From NCBI GenBank assembly GCA_040767085.1, contig JAXGPF010000010.1, forward strand, positions 32,001-96,000: a DNA stretch of 64,000 nucleotides, read 5' to 3'. Under the pieces are notes generated by a model. It was not told where the DNA came from. It did no database searches and saw nothing but the letters and a program-made list of their open reading frames with translations. Shown here piece by piece: positions 19,537 to 29,825 of this stretch. Every line of letters begins with the position of its first letter. The first letter of the stretch is position 1. The position numbers were made by a program, and so were the translations under genes. This stretch comes from Kiritimatiellia bacterium (GTDB taxonomy: Bacteria > Verrucomicrobiota > Kiritimatiellia > JAAZAB01).

Positions 19537-21267
19537 ATGGATAATATGTCAACTTTAAACAGCCTGCTGACGGACTGGATGCGCGCGGCGTTTCAGGCCG
19601 CCTTCCCCGGGCAGGACCAGGCGCTGGCGGCAGTGGCGGTGGAGCCGGCCGCGTCGCCGGAATTCGGAGATTACCAGTGCAATGCCGCCATGGGGCTGGC
19701 GCGGACGCTGCGCCAGGCGCCGCGGGCCATCGCCGCCGCCGCGATTGCCCATGCGCCGCCGCAGCCGGCGGTAGCGCGCCTGGAACAGGCCGGCCCGGGC
19801 TTCATTAACCTTACCCTCGACGATGCCTGGCTGGCAGCCCGCCTGGAAGGCATGCTGTCCGATCCCCGCCTGGGCGCGCCGCTGGCGGGCGCCGGCCGCA
19901 CCGTGGTGATTGATTATTCCAGTCCCAACGTCGCCAAGCCGATGCATATCGGCCACATCCGCTCCACGGTGATCGGCAACGCCCTCGACCGTCTGCACCG
20001 GTTCCTGGGGTACCGGGTGATTGCCGACAACCATCTCGGCGACTGGGGCACCCAGTTCGGCATCCTGATCCAGGGCTACCGCCATTTTCTCGACCGCGCC
20101 GCGCTGGCGGCCGCGCCGGTGGAAGAATTGGAGCGGCTTTACGTGCGCAGCTACGAACGCGCGCGGGCGGAGGAAGACTGGATGGCGCAATGCCGGAAGG
20201 AACTGGTTAAATTACAGGCCGGCGACCCGGAAAACCTGGCGCTCTGGCAGGAATTCATCCGGCTCTCCCGGGGCGAATTCGACCGGATTTACGCCCGCCT
20301 GAACGTTACCTTCGACTTGACGCGCGGCGAGAGCCATTACCATGACCGCCTGCCCGGCGTCATTGAACGCCTGGAGTCCACCGGCCTGGCCCGCGAAAGC
20401 GAAGGGGCGCTGGTGGCCTTTTTTGACGGCGATAAACTGCCGCCCTGCATCGTGCGCAAGTCGGACGGCGCATTCAATTACGCGGCCACCGATGTGGCCA
20501 CGGTCTTAAGCCGCGTGGAGGAATTCAATCCGGCCGCCATCATCTATGTCACCGACGAACGCCAACAACTGCATTTCCGGCAGGTGTTTGCGCTGGCGCG
20601 CCAACTGGGGGTCGGCGCCGAACTGGTGCATGTCTGGTTCGGCTTGATGCGCCTGCCGGAAGGCACTTTCTCCACCCGCCAGGGCAATGTCATCAAGCTG
20701 GAAATGCTCCTGGACGAGGCGGAAACGCGCGCTCTGGCCATGGTCCGCGAAAGCAGCCCGAACATGCCCGCCGAACAGCAGCGCGCCGTGGCGCGGGCTG
20801 TCGGCATCGGCGCGGTGAAATACGCCGATTTGAGCCAGAACCCCCAGAGCCTGGTGACGTTTTCCTGGGACAAGGCCCTGGCCTTGACCGGCAACTCCGC
20901 GCCTTACCTGCAATATGCCCACGCGCGCATTTGCAGTGTTTTGGACAAATACCGGGAACGCCACCCGGGCGTCCGCCTGGAAAATTATCCTTTGCGGCCG
21001 GAGCTCCCGGTGGAACGCGCGCTGTCACTGCACCTGGCGCGCTTCCCCGACATCCTGCTGGGCGCCGCCCGGCTTTACCGGCCCAGCATCCTGGCCGATT
21101 ACCTCTACGCGCTGGCCGGGCATTACAGTAATTTTTATCAGAATGTGCCTTTTTTGAAGGAAGCGGAAGGCATCCGCGAAAGCCGTGTGCGGCTTTGCGC
21201 CGCCGTGGCCGGCGTGCTCCGCCAGGGACTGGATTTGCTGGGCATCGAAGCCCCGGAACGCATTTGA
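19537..21267 (+). CDS. argS: Arginine--tRNA ligase
   Basis: FGDYQCN, GPGFIN, SSPNVAKPMHIGH, GDWGTQFG, PYLQYAHARI. Confidence 0.97.
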   Translation: MDNMSTLNSLLTDWMRAAFQAAFPGQDQALAAVAVEPAASPEFGDYQCNAAMGLARTLRQAPRAIAAAAIAHAPPQPAVARLEQAGPGFINLTLDDAWLAARLEGMLSDPRLGAPLAGAGRTVVIDYSSPNVAKPMHIGHIRSTVIGNALDRLHRFLGYRVIADNHLGDWGTQFGILIQGYRHFLDRAALAAAPVEELERLYVRSYERARAEEDWMAQCRKELVKLQAGDPENLALWQEFIRLSRGEFDRIYARLNVTFDLTRGESHYHDRLPGVIERLESTGLARESEGALVAFFDGDKLPPCIVRKSDGAFNYAATDVATVLSRVEEFNPAAIIYVTDERQQLHFRQVFALARQLGVGAELVHVWFGLMRLPEGTFSTRQGNVIKLEMLLDEAETRALAMVRESSPNMPAEQQRAVARAVGIGAVKYADLSQNPQSLVTFSWDKALALTGNSAPYLQYAHARICSVLDKYRERHPGVRLENYPLRPELPVERALSLHLARFPDILLGAARLYRPSILADYLYALAGHYSNFYQNVPFLKEAEGIRESRVRLCAAVAGVLRQGLDLLGIEAPERI

Positions 21268-21268
21268 C

Positions 21269-22528
21269 ATGAAAACGAATTCCCGCGCCGCCGCCATCCG
21301 TATCATTGCCCGCTGGCTGCAGACCGGGGCTTTCCCGGGGCGGCTGCTGGAGGAAGTCGCCGACGACCGCGCGTTCGTCACGGAACTGGTTTACGGCGCG
21401 GTGCGCTGGCGCCGGCAATTGGAGTGGGTGGCGCGGAAATACGCGCCCCATCCCCCCGCGCCGGAAATTTCCGCGGCCTTGTGCATCGGCCTCTATCAGA
21501 TTCTGCACCTGACTGATGTGGCGGAATACGCGGCGGTCAATGAAACGGTCGCCGCGGTGCGGGAAACCGGCGCCCCAGGCGTCGCCGGCTTTGTCAATGC
21601 CTTGCTGCGCCGGACGTTGCGCGAGCGCCAGGCGCTCGCGGAGGAGTTGCAGCGCCTGCCGGCCGGCATCCGCCTTTCGCATCCCGATTGCCTGTTGCAG
21701 CGTTGGAGCGCTAATTTTTCTCCCGCGCGGGCGGAACAGATTGCCGCCTGGAACAACCAGCGGGCGGAAGTCACGGTGACGGCGAACAGTTTGAAAATCG
21801 CCGACCAGTCCCTGCAATCGGCCTTCCAGGAACAGGGCCTGATCGCGCGCGCCGCGGAGTCCGCCGGGAAAAAGTTTTTCGCCATTAAACGGGGCGTATC
21901 CGTGCCGGACTTGCCCGGGTATGACAAGGGCTGGTTCCTGGCGGCCGATCCGGCTGTGGCCCACGCGGTAATCCTGCTCGGCGCGGAACCCGGCATGCGC
22001 GTGCTGGATGCCTGCGCCGCGCCGGGCGGTAAAACCGCGCTGCTGGCCGGCGCCATGCAAGGCCAGGGCAGCTTGACTGCCTGGGAGCCGCAGGGCGCCC
22101 GCCGGGCGCGCATGGCCGCCAATCTCGAGCGGCTGGGCCTGGCGGAGTTTGTCGGACTCCAGGGGGTGAACGCGCTGCATCCGCCGCCTGACAGCGGTCC
22201 GTTCGACCGGATTCTGCTGGATGCGCCTTGTTCGAATACCGGCGTGATCCGGCACAAACCGGATGTTCGCTGGAATTTTGATCCGCGCCGGCTGGATGAA
22301 TCGGTCCGTCTCCAGACGGAGCTTTTGACCAGGCTGGCCGGGCTGCTGGCGCCGGGCGGCCGGCTGGTTTACAGCACCTGCAGCCTGGAGCCGGAAGAAA
22401 ACGGCGGCGTGGTGCGCGCCGGCCTGTCCCGCTTGTCAGGGTATGTGTTGCTGAAGAAATGCCAGGGCGTGCCGCCGGAGTCGGGGATGGACGGGTTTTA
22501 TGCCGCCTGCCTGGCACGGCGCGGATGA
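21269..22528 (+). CDS. rsmB: 16S rRNA m5C967 methyltransferase (NusB-like plus RsmB domains)
   Basis: AAVNETV, FVNALLR, LDACAAPGGKT, DAPCSNTG, YSTCS. Confidence 0.88.
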   Translation: MKTNSRAAAIRIIARWLQTGAFPGRLLEEVADDRAFVTELVYGAVRWRRQLEWVARKYAPHPPAPEISAALCIGLYQILHLTDVAEYAAVNETVAAVRETGAPGVAGFVNALLRRTLRERQALAEELQRLPAGIRLSHPDCLLQRWSANFSPARAEQIAAWNNQRAEVTVTANSLKIADQSLQSAFQEQGLIARAAESAGKKFFAIKRGVSVPDLPGYDKGWFLAADPAVAHAVILLGAEPGMRVLDACAAPGGKTALLAGAMQGQGSLTAWEPQGARRARMAANLERLGLAEFVGLQGVNALHPPPDSGPFDRILLDAPCSNTGVIRHKPDVRWNFDPRRLDESVRLQTELLTRLAGLLAPGGRLVYSTCSLEPEENGGVVRAGLSRLSGYVLLKKCQGVPPESGMDGFYAACLARRG

Positions 22529-22580
22529 ATGCGATTCCCGGCAGCAGGCGCCCGCGGACATTTGCCGCCTCCTTGCCCAT

Positions 22581-22614
22581 GTTTCATCGTATTTTGTGTT
22601 TCATCGTATTTTGT
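22581..22614. repeat. Perfect 17-bp tandem duplication GTTTCATCGTATTTTGT x2
   Basis: Read directly, in the intergenic region upstream of hom. Confidence 0.85.
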
Positions 22615-22683
22615 TGAAACTGGCGGGTAAATTTGATATTTTCATTGATCGCATCTTGAGAAATACTGTTTGCACAGGTGTTT

Positions 22684-23976
22684 ATGAAAGAAATCGGGGT
22701 AGGATTGCTGGGGTTGGGGACCATCGGCGCCGGCGTGGCGCACACCTTGCCGGCCAAGGCCGGCTTGCTGACTAACCGGCTGGGAATCCGGTTGACACTG
22801 AGACGGGCGGCCGACCTTTCCGCCGAACGGCGGGCGGCGGCGCCGGCGGGAATTTTAACGACGGATGATGCGGCGTCAGTCGTGGATGCCGAAGATGTGG
22901 ATGTGGTGGTGGAGTTGATTGGCGGCACGGGCGCGGCGCGGGAATTGGTGACGCGGGCGCTGCGCCGGGGCAAGCCGGTGGTGACGGCCAACAAGGCCCT
23001 GTTGGCCGCCCATGGCGCCGAGTTGTTTCAACTGGCGCGGGAGCATGGCGCGGAGATTTACTTTGAAGCCAGCGTCGGCGGCGGCATCCCGGTCATCCGC
23101 GCCTTGCGCGAGGGGCTGGTGGCGGACAATATCCGCCGGATTTACGGCATTTTGAATGGCACGTGCAACTTCATCCTGACCAGCATGGAACAGACCGGGC
23201 AATCCTTCGAACAGGCTCTGCAGGCGGCGCAGGCCGCCGGGTATGCCGAGGCGAATCCGGCGCTGGATATTGACGGCAAAGATACCGCGCACAAGGCGGT
23301 GATCCTGGCTTCGCTGATTTACGGCCAGCATTTTCCATTGGAGGCCGTCTCGGTGGAGGGCATCCGCGGCCTGGCCGAGTTGGACATGGCTTACGCCCGC
23401 GAGTTGGGGTATTGCATCCGGCTGCTGGCGGTCATCCGGGATGCGGGGCCGGAAGTCGAGGTGCGGGTCCATCCCGCGCTGGTGCCCTCCCGCCATATCC
23501 TGGCGTCCGTCAAGGGTGTTTTCAACGCCATGCTGATCGAAAGCGACGGGGCGGGTGAATTGCTGTTTTACGGCCGCGGCGCCGGCCGCGAGCCGACCGC
23601 CAGCGCGGTGATCAGCAACGTGGCGGACGCCGCCATGGCCCTGGCGTCCGCCGCCGCCCGCCGTCCGTTCCTGGGCATGCCCGCCGCCGCCCGCCGCCTG
23701 CGCGATATCAACCAGACGGAAGTGCGTTATTACCTGCGTTTGAACTTGCTCGACCGGCCGGGCGTATTCGGCGAAATCGGCACCGTGCTGGGCCGGCACG
23801 GCATCAGCATCGCCTCGCTGCTGCAGAAGGAAGACCGGGCGGGCGCGCAGGTGCCCGTGGTAATCATCACGCACACGGCGCCGGAGCGGGCCTTCCGGGA
23901 AGCCCTGGCGGAAATTGACGCACTGCCGATCGTCGGTGCGGGCTCGATGCGCCTGCGCATTGTCAATGAGATTTAA
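22684..23976 (+). CDS. hom: Homoserine dehydrogenase with ACT domain
   Basis: GLGTIG, VVTANKA, EASVGGGIP, GILNGTCNFIL, GYAEANP. Confidence 0.95.
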   Translation: MKEIGVGLLGLGTIGAGVAHTLPAKAGLLTNRLGIRLTLRRAADLSAERRAAAPAGILTTDDAASVVDAEDVDVVVELIGGTGAARELVTRALRRGKPVVTANKALLAAHGAELFQLAREHGAEIYFEASVGGGIPVIRALREGLVADNIRRIYGILNGTCNFILTSMEQTGQSFEQALQAAQAAGYAEANPALDIDGKDTAHKAVILASLIYGQHFPLEAVSVEGIRGLAELDMAYARELGYCIRLLAVIRDAGPEVEVRVHPALVPSRHILASVKGVFNAMLIESDGAGELLFYGRGAGREPTASAVISNVADAAMALASAAARRPFLGMPAAARRLRDINQTEVRYYLRLNLLDRPGVFGEIGTVLGRHGISIASLLQKEDRAGAQVPVVIITHTAPERAFREALAEIDALPIVGAGSMRLRIVNEI

Positions 23977-23977
23977 C

Positions 23978-25267
23978 ATGGCGGGATCGAAAAAAATAAT
24001 CGTGCAGAAATTCGGCGGCAGTTCCGTCGCCGACCCGGACTGCGTACGGCGGGTGGCGCGGCGGGTGTTGGAAACCCAGCGGCAGGGCCACGCCGTGGTG
24101 GTGATCGTCAGCGCCATGGGGGACGCGACGGATCACCTGGTCGCGCTGGCCCACCGGATCACACCCAATCCCAGCGGGCGCGAAATGGACATGTTGATGG
24201 CCACCGGCGAGCAGGTTTCCGTGGCCGTCCTGGCCATGGCCTTGCACGCCCTGGGCGCCCGGGCGGTCTCCCTGACCGGGCCGCAAGCCGGGATTTTCAC
24301 GGATGCGATGCACCGCAAGGCGAAGATCATGCGCATCCAGCCGGCGCGCATCCGGCGCCATTTGCGGGAAGGCGCGATCGTTATTGTTGCCGGCTTCCAG
24401 GGCGCGACGCCGCGGGACGATATCGCCACGCTGGGGCGCGGCGGCTCCGACACCACGGCCGTCGCCCTCGCCGCGGCGCTGCGGGCCGGCCGCTGCCAGA
24501 TTTTCACGGATGTGGACGGCATCTATTCCGCCGACCCGCGCCTGGTGCCGGACGCGCGCAAACTGAATGAAATTGCCTGTGATGAAATGCTGGAACTGGC
24601 CAGTCTCGGCGCCCGGGTGCTGATGCCGCGCGCGGTGGAATTTGCCAAGAAATACGGAGTGGAAATAGAAGTGCTGTCGAGTTTTACACGGAAACCCGGC
24701 ACGGTGGTGAAGGAAGAGGTGGCGCATATGGAAGACATCGTCGTTCGCGGGGTTACGGTCGAAGAAGAGCATGTCAAGTTGACTATGGCCGGTGTGCCGG
24801 ACAAGCCCGGCATGGCGGCGCGCCTCTTCGGCCGGTTGGCCGCCGCCGGCATCAACGTGGACATGATTGTCCAGAATACCAGCGCCCGGGGCTTGACGGA
24901 CATCTCGTTTACCCTGCACCAGGACGATGAAGGGCCGGCGCGCGAAGTGCTGTCCCAACTGGTGCGGCAGACGCAGGGCGAGCAGGTGACGGCGGATGCT
25001 GATATCGCCAAGGTGAGCGTGGTAGGGGTGGGGATGCGGGGACATGCCGGCGTGGCGTACCGGATGTTCCACGAACTGGCCCGACAGCACATCAATATCC
25101 TGATGATCGCCACATCGGAAATCAAGATCACCGTAGTCGTGCGCAAGCGGCATGCGGCGCGGGCCTTGCGATCCCTGCACCGAACCTTCGGCTTGCATCA
25201 ATCCCCGCGGCGCCGGCGGACGCCGCGGCCCAGCAAAGGCGGGCATCATGCAAAAACAACGCGTTGA
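23978..25267 (+). CDS. lysC: Aspartate kinase
   Basis: VQKFGGSSV, VSAMG, TLGRGGSDTTA, TDVDG; two ACT domains. Confidence 0.95.
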   Translation: MAGSKKIIVQKFGGSSVADPDCVRRVARRVLETQRQGHAVVVIVSAMGDATDHLVALAHRITPNPSGREMDMLMATGEQVSVAVLAMALHALGARAVSLTGPQAGIFTDAMHRKAKIMRIQPARIRRHLREGAIVIVAGFQGATPRDDIATLGRGGSDTTAVALAAALRAGRCQIFTDVDGIYSADPRLVPDARKLNEIACDEMLELASLGARVLMPRAVEFAKKYGVEIEVLSSFTRKPGTVVKEEVAHMEDIVVRGVTVEEEHVKLTMAGVPDKPGMAARLFGRLAAAGINVDMIVQNTSARGLTDISFTLHQDDEGPAREVLSQLVRQTQGEQVTADADIAKVSVVGVGMRGHAGVAYRMFHELARQHINILMIATSEIKITVVVRKRHAARALRSLHRTFGLHQSPRRRRTPRPSKGGHHAKTTR

Positions 25268-26843
25268 AATCTACGACACCACGTTGCGCGACGGCATGCA
25301 ATGCGAAGGCGTTTCACTGTCGTTGACCGGCAAAGTGCGCCTGGCGCGCAAGCTGGATGAATTCGGCGTGGATTACATCGAAGGCGGTTATGCCGCCTCC
25401 AATCCCAAGGACATGGAATTCTTCGCCGAAATGCGGCGCCAGCCGCTGCGGCACGCGCAGGTCGTGGCCTTCGGCAGCACCCGCCGCGCCAATGTCAGCG
25501 CCGCCGAGGATCCCGGCACCATCAAGCTGCTGGAATCGGGCATGCCGGTGGCCGCCATTTTCGGCAAGGCCTGGCAGTTGCATGTCCGGGACGTCCTGCG
25601 CACGACGCCCGCGGAAAACCTGGCCATGGTCCGCGACACGGTCAGCCACCTGAAAGCCAACGGATGCCGGGTGATTTTCGATGCCGAGCATTTCTTCGAC
25701 GGCTACCGCGACAGCCCGGACGCCGCCCTGGCCGTTCTGAAGGCCGCCGCGGCAGGCGGCGCGAGCGTGCTGGTGCTCTGCGACACCCGCGGCGGATTGC
25801 TCCCCCATGATGTTTACGAGATCACGCGCCTGGTGGTCCGGTCCTTCCCGCTGCCGATCGGCATCCATTGCCACAACGACTGCGAAGTGGCAGTGGCAAA
25901 TTCGCTCGAAGCCGTCCGCGCCGGCGCCGTGCATGTGCAGGGCACTATTAACGGCTACGGCGAGCGCTGCGGCAATGCCAACCTCTGTTCGATTGTCCCC
26001 GGCCTGCTGTTGAAAATGAACCGCGAGTGCGGCCGTCCGGACTGTCTGTCCAAACTGGCGGAGTTGTCGCGTTTCACGGACGATCTGCTGGATCGCCAGT
26101 ACAACCGCCATGCGCCCTATGTCGGGGAAAGCGCCTTTGCCCACAAGGCCGGCATGCACGTCAATGCCGTGGAAAAAAATCCGCTCAGTTTCGAGCATAT
26201 TCCGCCGGAGAGCGTCGGCAACACCCGGCGCATCCTGGTGTCCGAGTTGTCCGGCGGCAGCAACGTGCTGCTCAAGGCCGTGGAAATGGGCGTGGCTCTC
26301 ACCAAGTCGTCGCCCGAAGTGCGCCAGGTCCTGCGGAGCCTCGAGGAACTGGAACGCAAGGGGTACGAGTTCGAGGCGGCCGACGCCTCCTTCAAGCTGC
26401 TGATGAAGAAAGTGCTGAAAAAACACAAGCCGTTTTTTACCCTGGAAGGATTCCGCGTGATCGTGGAAAAACGCGGGGTGGGCGAGCGTTGCATTTCCGA
26501 GGCGACCGTCAAGCTGAAAATCAACGGCGAGGTGGCGCATACGGTGGGGGAAGGCGACGGCCCGGTCAACGCCCTGGACAGCGCGCTGCGCAAGGCCCTG
26601 GTCCGGTTTTATCCGGCCATCAACGACGTGTCGCTGACGGATTACCATGTCCGGATCCTCGACCCCAAGGAAGCCACCGCCGCCAAAACCAGGGTGATCA
26701 TCGAGTCGTCGGACGGCCGCGACACCTGGGGCACCGTGGGCGTTTCGGAAAACATCATCGAGGCCTCCTGGGAAGCCCTGGTGGACAGCGTGGAATACAA
26801 ACTCTTCAAGCAGGCGGATGAACAAACGGGCGGAACGGAGTGA
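25248..26843 (+). CDS. cimA: Citramalate synthase
   Basis: [45 protein letters not shown]. Confidence 0.88.
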   Translation: MQKQRVEIYDTTLRDGMQCEGVSLSLTGKVRLARKLDEFGVDYIEGGYAASNPKDMEFFAEMRRQPLRHAQVVAFGSTRRANVSAAEDPGTIKLLESGMPVAAIFGKAWQLHVRDVLRTTPAENLAMVRDTVSHLKANGCRVIFDAEHFFDGYRDSPDAALAVLKAAAAGGASVLVLCDTRGGLLPHDVYEITRLVVRSFPLPIGIHCHNDCEVAVANSLEAVRAGAVHVQGTINGYGERCGNANLCSIVPGLLLKMNRECGRPDCLSKLAELSRFTDDLLDRQYNRHAPYVGESAFAHKAGMHVNAVEKNPLSFEHIPPESVGNTRRILVSELSGGSNVLLKAVEMGVALTKSSPEVRQVLRSLEELERKGYEFEAADASFKLLMKKVLKKHKPFFTLEGFRVIVEKRGVGERCISEATVKLKINGEVAHTVGEGDGPVNALDSALRKALVRFYPAINDVSLTDYHVRILDPKEATAAKTRVIIESSDGRDTWGTVGVSENIIEASWEALVDSVEYKLFKQADEQTGGTE

Positions 26844-26848
26844 TTGCC

Positions 26849-29533
26849 ATGCCGGAAATCGAAAAGAACTATGACGCGCGCGCGGTGGAAGAACGCTGGA
26901 GCCAGCGCTGGCTGGAGCGGCGCGCCTTTCATGCTGACCCGGCGCGCGGCGGCAAGCCTTACACGATCGTCATTCCCCCGCCGAACGTCACCGGCATGCT
27001 GCACATGGGGCATGCCCTGAATGCCACGCTCCAGGATATCCTGGTGCGCTGGCGGCGGATGCAGGGTTATAACACACTCTGGGCGCCGGGCACGGACCAC
27101 GCCGGCATTGCCACCCAGAACGTCGTGGAACGCGCGCTGCGCAAGGAGCGCCTGGACCGCGAAACCCTGGGCCGCGAAAAATTCGTTCAGCGCGTCTGGG
27201 AATGGCGCGAGCAGTATGGCCGCACCATCATCCGGCAACTGAAGCGCCTGGGCGCGTCCTGCGACTGGGAACGCGAGCGTTTTACCATGGATGCCGGCCT
27301 GAGCGCGGCCGTGACCGAGGTCTTCGTCCGCCTGTACGAGAAGCAATTGATCTACCGCGGCAACTACATCATCAACTGGTGCCCGCGCTGCCGCACGGCG
27401 CTCTCCGACGAGGAAAGCGAACACGTGGAGACGGCCGGGAAACTTTATTACCTGCGCTATCCGGGGCTGGGCGGCGGCAAGAAGGCCGCGCTGATCGTGG
27501 CCACCACCCGCCCGGAAACCATGCTCGGGGATGTCGCCCTGGCGGTCAACCCGCGCGACGTGCGCTATCGCCAATGGGCCGGGCGCCAGTGCCTGCTGCC
27601 CATCCTGAAGCGCCCCTTGCCGGTGATCGAGGACGATTTCGTCGATCCGGAATTCGGCACCGGCGTGGTCAAGATCACCCCCGCCCACGATCCCAATGAT
27701 TTTGAAATGGGGCGGCGGCACGGACTGGAACCGGTCAATGTCATGGATGACAGCGGGATCATGAACGAACAGGCCGGCCCTTACGCCGGGTTGGACCGTT
27801 TCGAATGCCGCAAGCGTCTGCTGGCGGACTTGGCGGCCGCCGGCCTGGTCGAAAAAATCGAAGACCATGCCCATGCCGTCGGCCATTGTTACCGCTGCCA
27901 GACGGTGGTGGAGCCGCGGCTTTCCATGCAATGGTTCGTCCGCATGGCGCCGCTGGCCCGCGCCGCCATTGCCGCGGTCAAGGATGGGAGCATCCAGTTC
28001 ATCCCCGAACGCTGGACCAAGGTTTACCTTGATTGGATGGAAAATATCCGCGATTGGTGCATCTCGCGGCAAATCTGGTGGGGGCACCGCATTCCCGTGT
28101 TCAATTGCCGCGCCTGCCGGCACACCTGGGCCGCGCGCGGCCAGCCGGCGGCCTGCCCGGCCTGCCATGCCGCTGAAATCGAGCAGGATCCCGATGTGTT
28201 GGACACTTGGTTCTCCTCCTGGCTCTGGCCGTTCAGCGTCCTCGGCTGGCCCCAGCGGACGCCGGAACTGGAATTTTATTACCCCACCCACTCCTTGGTG
28301 ACGGCGGCGGAAATCATTTTCTTCTGGGTGGCGCGCATGATCGTCGCCGGCCTGGAAGTCATGGGCAAGATTCCCTTCGAACGGGTCTATATCCATGGGA
28401 CGGTGCGCGACGATGCCGGGCGCAAGATGAGCAAAAGCCTCGGCAATTCGATCGATCCGCTGACAGTGATCGACGAGTTCAGCGCCGACGCCCTGCGGTT
28501 CAGCATGGTGATGGTGGCGGCCGTCGGACAGGATGTGTTCCTGTCGAAGGATAAATTCGCCGTTGGCCGGAATTTCCTGACCAAGATCTGGAATGCCGCC
28601 CGCTTCCTGCAGATGAATACTGACGGTCCGGCGCGGGCGGAGGAGTTGCCGGCAGTGCTGGCGCTGGCGCTGTCGCCGGATGACAAGCACATCCTGGTGC
28701 GCCTGAACGACACCATTGCCGCCTGCACGGAAAACCTTGAGCGGTTCCGCTTCAACGATGCGGCCCGGGAGTTGTACGAGTTCGTCTGGCATCAGTATTG
28801 CGACTGGTATATCGAGTATGCCAAGGGCGTGCTGTCCAACGGCGACGGGGAAGCGCGCCGGCGGGTGGTGGCGGTCATGCATTGCATCTTCTCGCATTTT
28901 CTCCGCCTGCTGCATCCCATGGCGCCTTTCATCACCGAGGAATTATGGCATGGGCTGGGGTACGGCGGCGAAAACGACCTGATCATGCTCGCCGCCTGGC
29001 CCAAACCCGTCGAAACGGAAGAGATCGCGGGCTGGAGCGATTTCCAGCGCCTGGCCGCCTACGTGGAAGACAAGCACGAACTCATCCGCATCGGGCGCAC
29101 CCTGCGGACGGATTACGGCATCCCGCCGGCGATGCAGATCGCCTTCGTCATCAAGCCGGAATCCGAGGAAATCGCTCACCTGCTGGCGGCCGATGAAAGC
29201 GCCATCGCCGCTCCGCTGCGCGCCAAATCTCTGCTCGTGGCGCTGGATTACCAGCCGCCGCGCGCGATGCCCAACGGCATCTCGCGCCTGGGGACGGTGT
29301 TCATGCCGGTGGAAGGCGTGATTGACATACCGGAGGAACGCCGGCGGCTGGCCGAACAGTCGGACAAGGCGGCCGGCGACCTCGCCGTCGTCAACCGCAA
29401 GTTGGATAACCTTGATTTCGTCCGTAAGGCGCCGCCGGCTGTCGTTGAACAGCAGCGCGTACGCAAGCAGGAATTGCTGGAAAAAATCGATAAATTAAAG
29501 CGGATGCTGGCGGTTTTAACCGATGCCGGATAA
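26849..29533 (+). CDS. valS: Valine--tRNA ligase
   Basis: [33 protein letters not shown]-terminal coiled coil. Confidence 0.97.
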   Translation: MPEIEKNYDARAVEERWSQRWLERRAFHADPARGGKPYTIVIPPPNVTGMLHMGHALNATLQDILVRWRRMQGYNTLWAPGTDHAGIATQNVVERALRKERLDRETLGREKFVQRVWEWREQYGRTIIRQLKRLGASCDWERERFTMDAGLSAAVTEVFVRLYEKQLIYRGNYIINWCPRCRTALSDEESEHVETAGKLYYLRYPGLGGGKKAALIVATTRPETMLGDVALAVNPRDVRYRQWAGRQCLLPILKRPLPVIEDDFVDPEFGTGVVKITPAHDPNDFEMGRRHGLEPVNVMDDSGIMNEQAGPYAGLDRFECRKRLLADLAAAGLVEKIEDHAHAVGHCYRCQTVVEPRLSMQWFVRMAPLARAAIAAVKDGSIQFIPERWTKVYLDWMENIRDWCISRQIWWGHRIPVFNCRACRHTWAARGQPAACPACHAAEIEQDPDVLDTWFSSWLWPFSVLGWPQRTPELEFYYPTHSLVTAAEIIFFWVARMIVAGLEVMGKIPFERVYIHGTVRDDAGRKMSKSLGNSIDPLTVIDEFSADALRFSMVMVAAVGQDVFLSKDKFAVGRNFLTKIWNAARFLQMNTDGPARAEELPAVLALALSPDDKHILVRLNDTIAACTENLERFRFNDAARELYEFVWHQYCDWYIEYAKGVLSNGDGEARRRVVAVMHCIFSHFLRLLHPMAPFITEELWHGLGYGGENDLIMLAAWPKPVETEEIAGWSDFQRLAAYVEDKHELIRIGRTLRTDYGIPPAMQIAFVIKPESEEIAHLLAADESAIAAPLRAKSLLVALDYQPPRAMPNGISRLGTVFMPVEGVIDIPEERRRLAEQSDKAAGDLAVVNRKLDNLDFVRKAPPAVVEQQRVRKQELLEKIDKLKRMLAVLTDAG

Positions 29534-29804
29534 TCCAGCCATCTCGATCGTCGTTGGCGGCATGGTGCAGGGCGTGGGCTTCCGCTGGTCATGCCGGGCG
29601 GAGGCGCGGCGGTTGGGCCTGCGCGGCTGGGTGCGCAACCGCCCGGACGGGCGCGTTGAAGCCGCCGCTGCCGGCCTGCCGGACGCCCTGGCCTCCTTCG
29701 CGGATTGGTGCCGCCATGGTCCGCCGGGCGCGGCGGTGCGGGAATGCCGCATCGAAAAAATACCACCAAACCCTGACTGGACCACCTTTGAAATCCGCCC
29801 TTAA
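29523..29804 (+). CDS. acyP: Acylphosphatase
   Basis: [24 protein letters not shown]. Confidence 0.92.
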   Translation: MPDNPAISIVVGGMVQGVGFRWSCRAEARRLGLRGWVRNRPDGRVEAAAAGLPDALASFADWCRHGPPGAAVRECRIEKIPPNPDWTTFEIRP

Positions 29805-29825
29805 CACCTGAAAGAATATTGATTC

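Noticed and set aside
26642-28915. Long antisense/alternate-frame ORFs (e.g. 2098-3765, 3978-5483, 15412-17310, 26642-28915, 39530-41176, 47034-49076, 55593-57836)
   Set aside because: They shadow well-supported genes, lack family motifs, and are expected in high-GC coding DNA.
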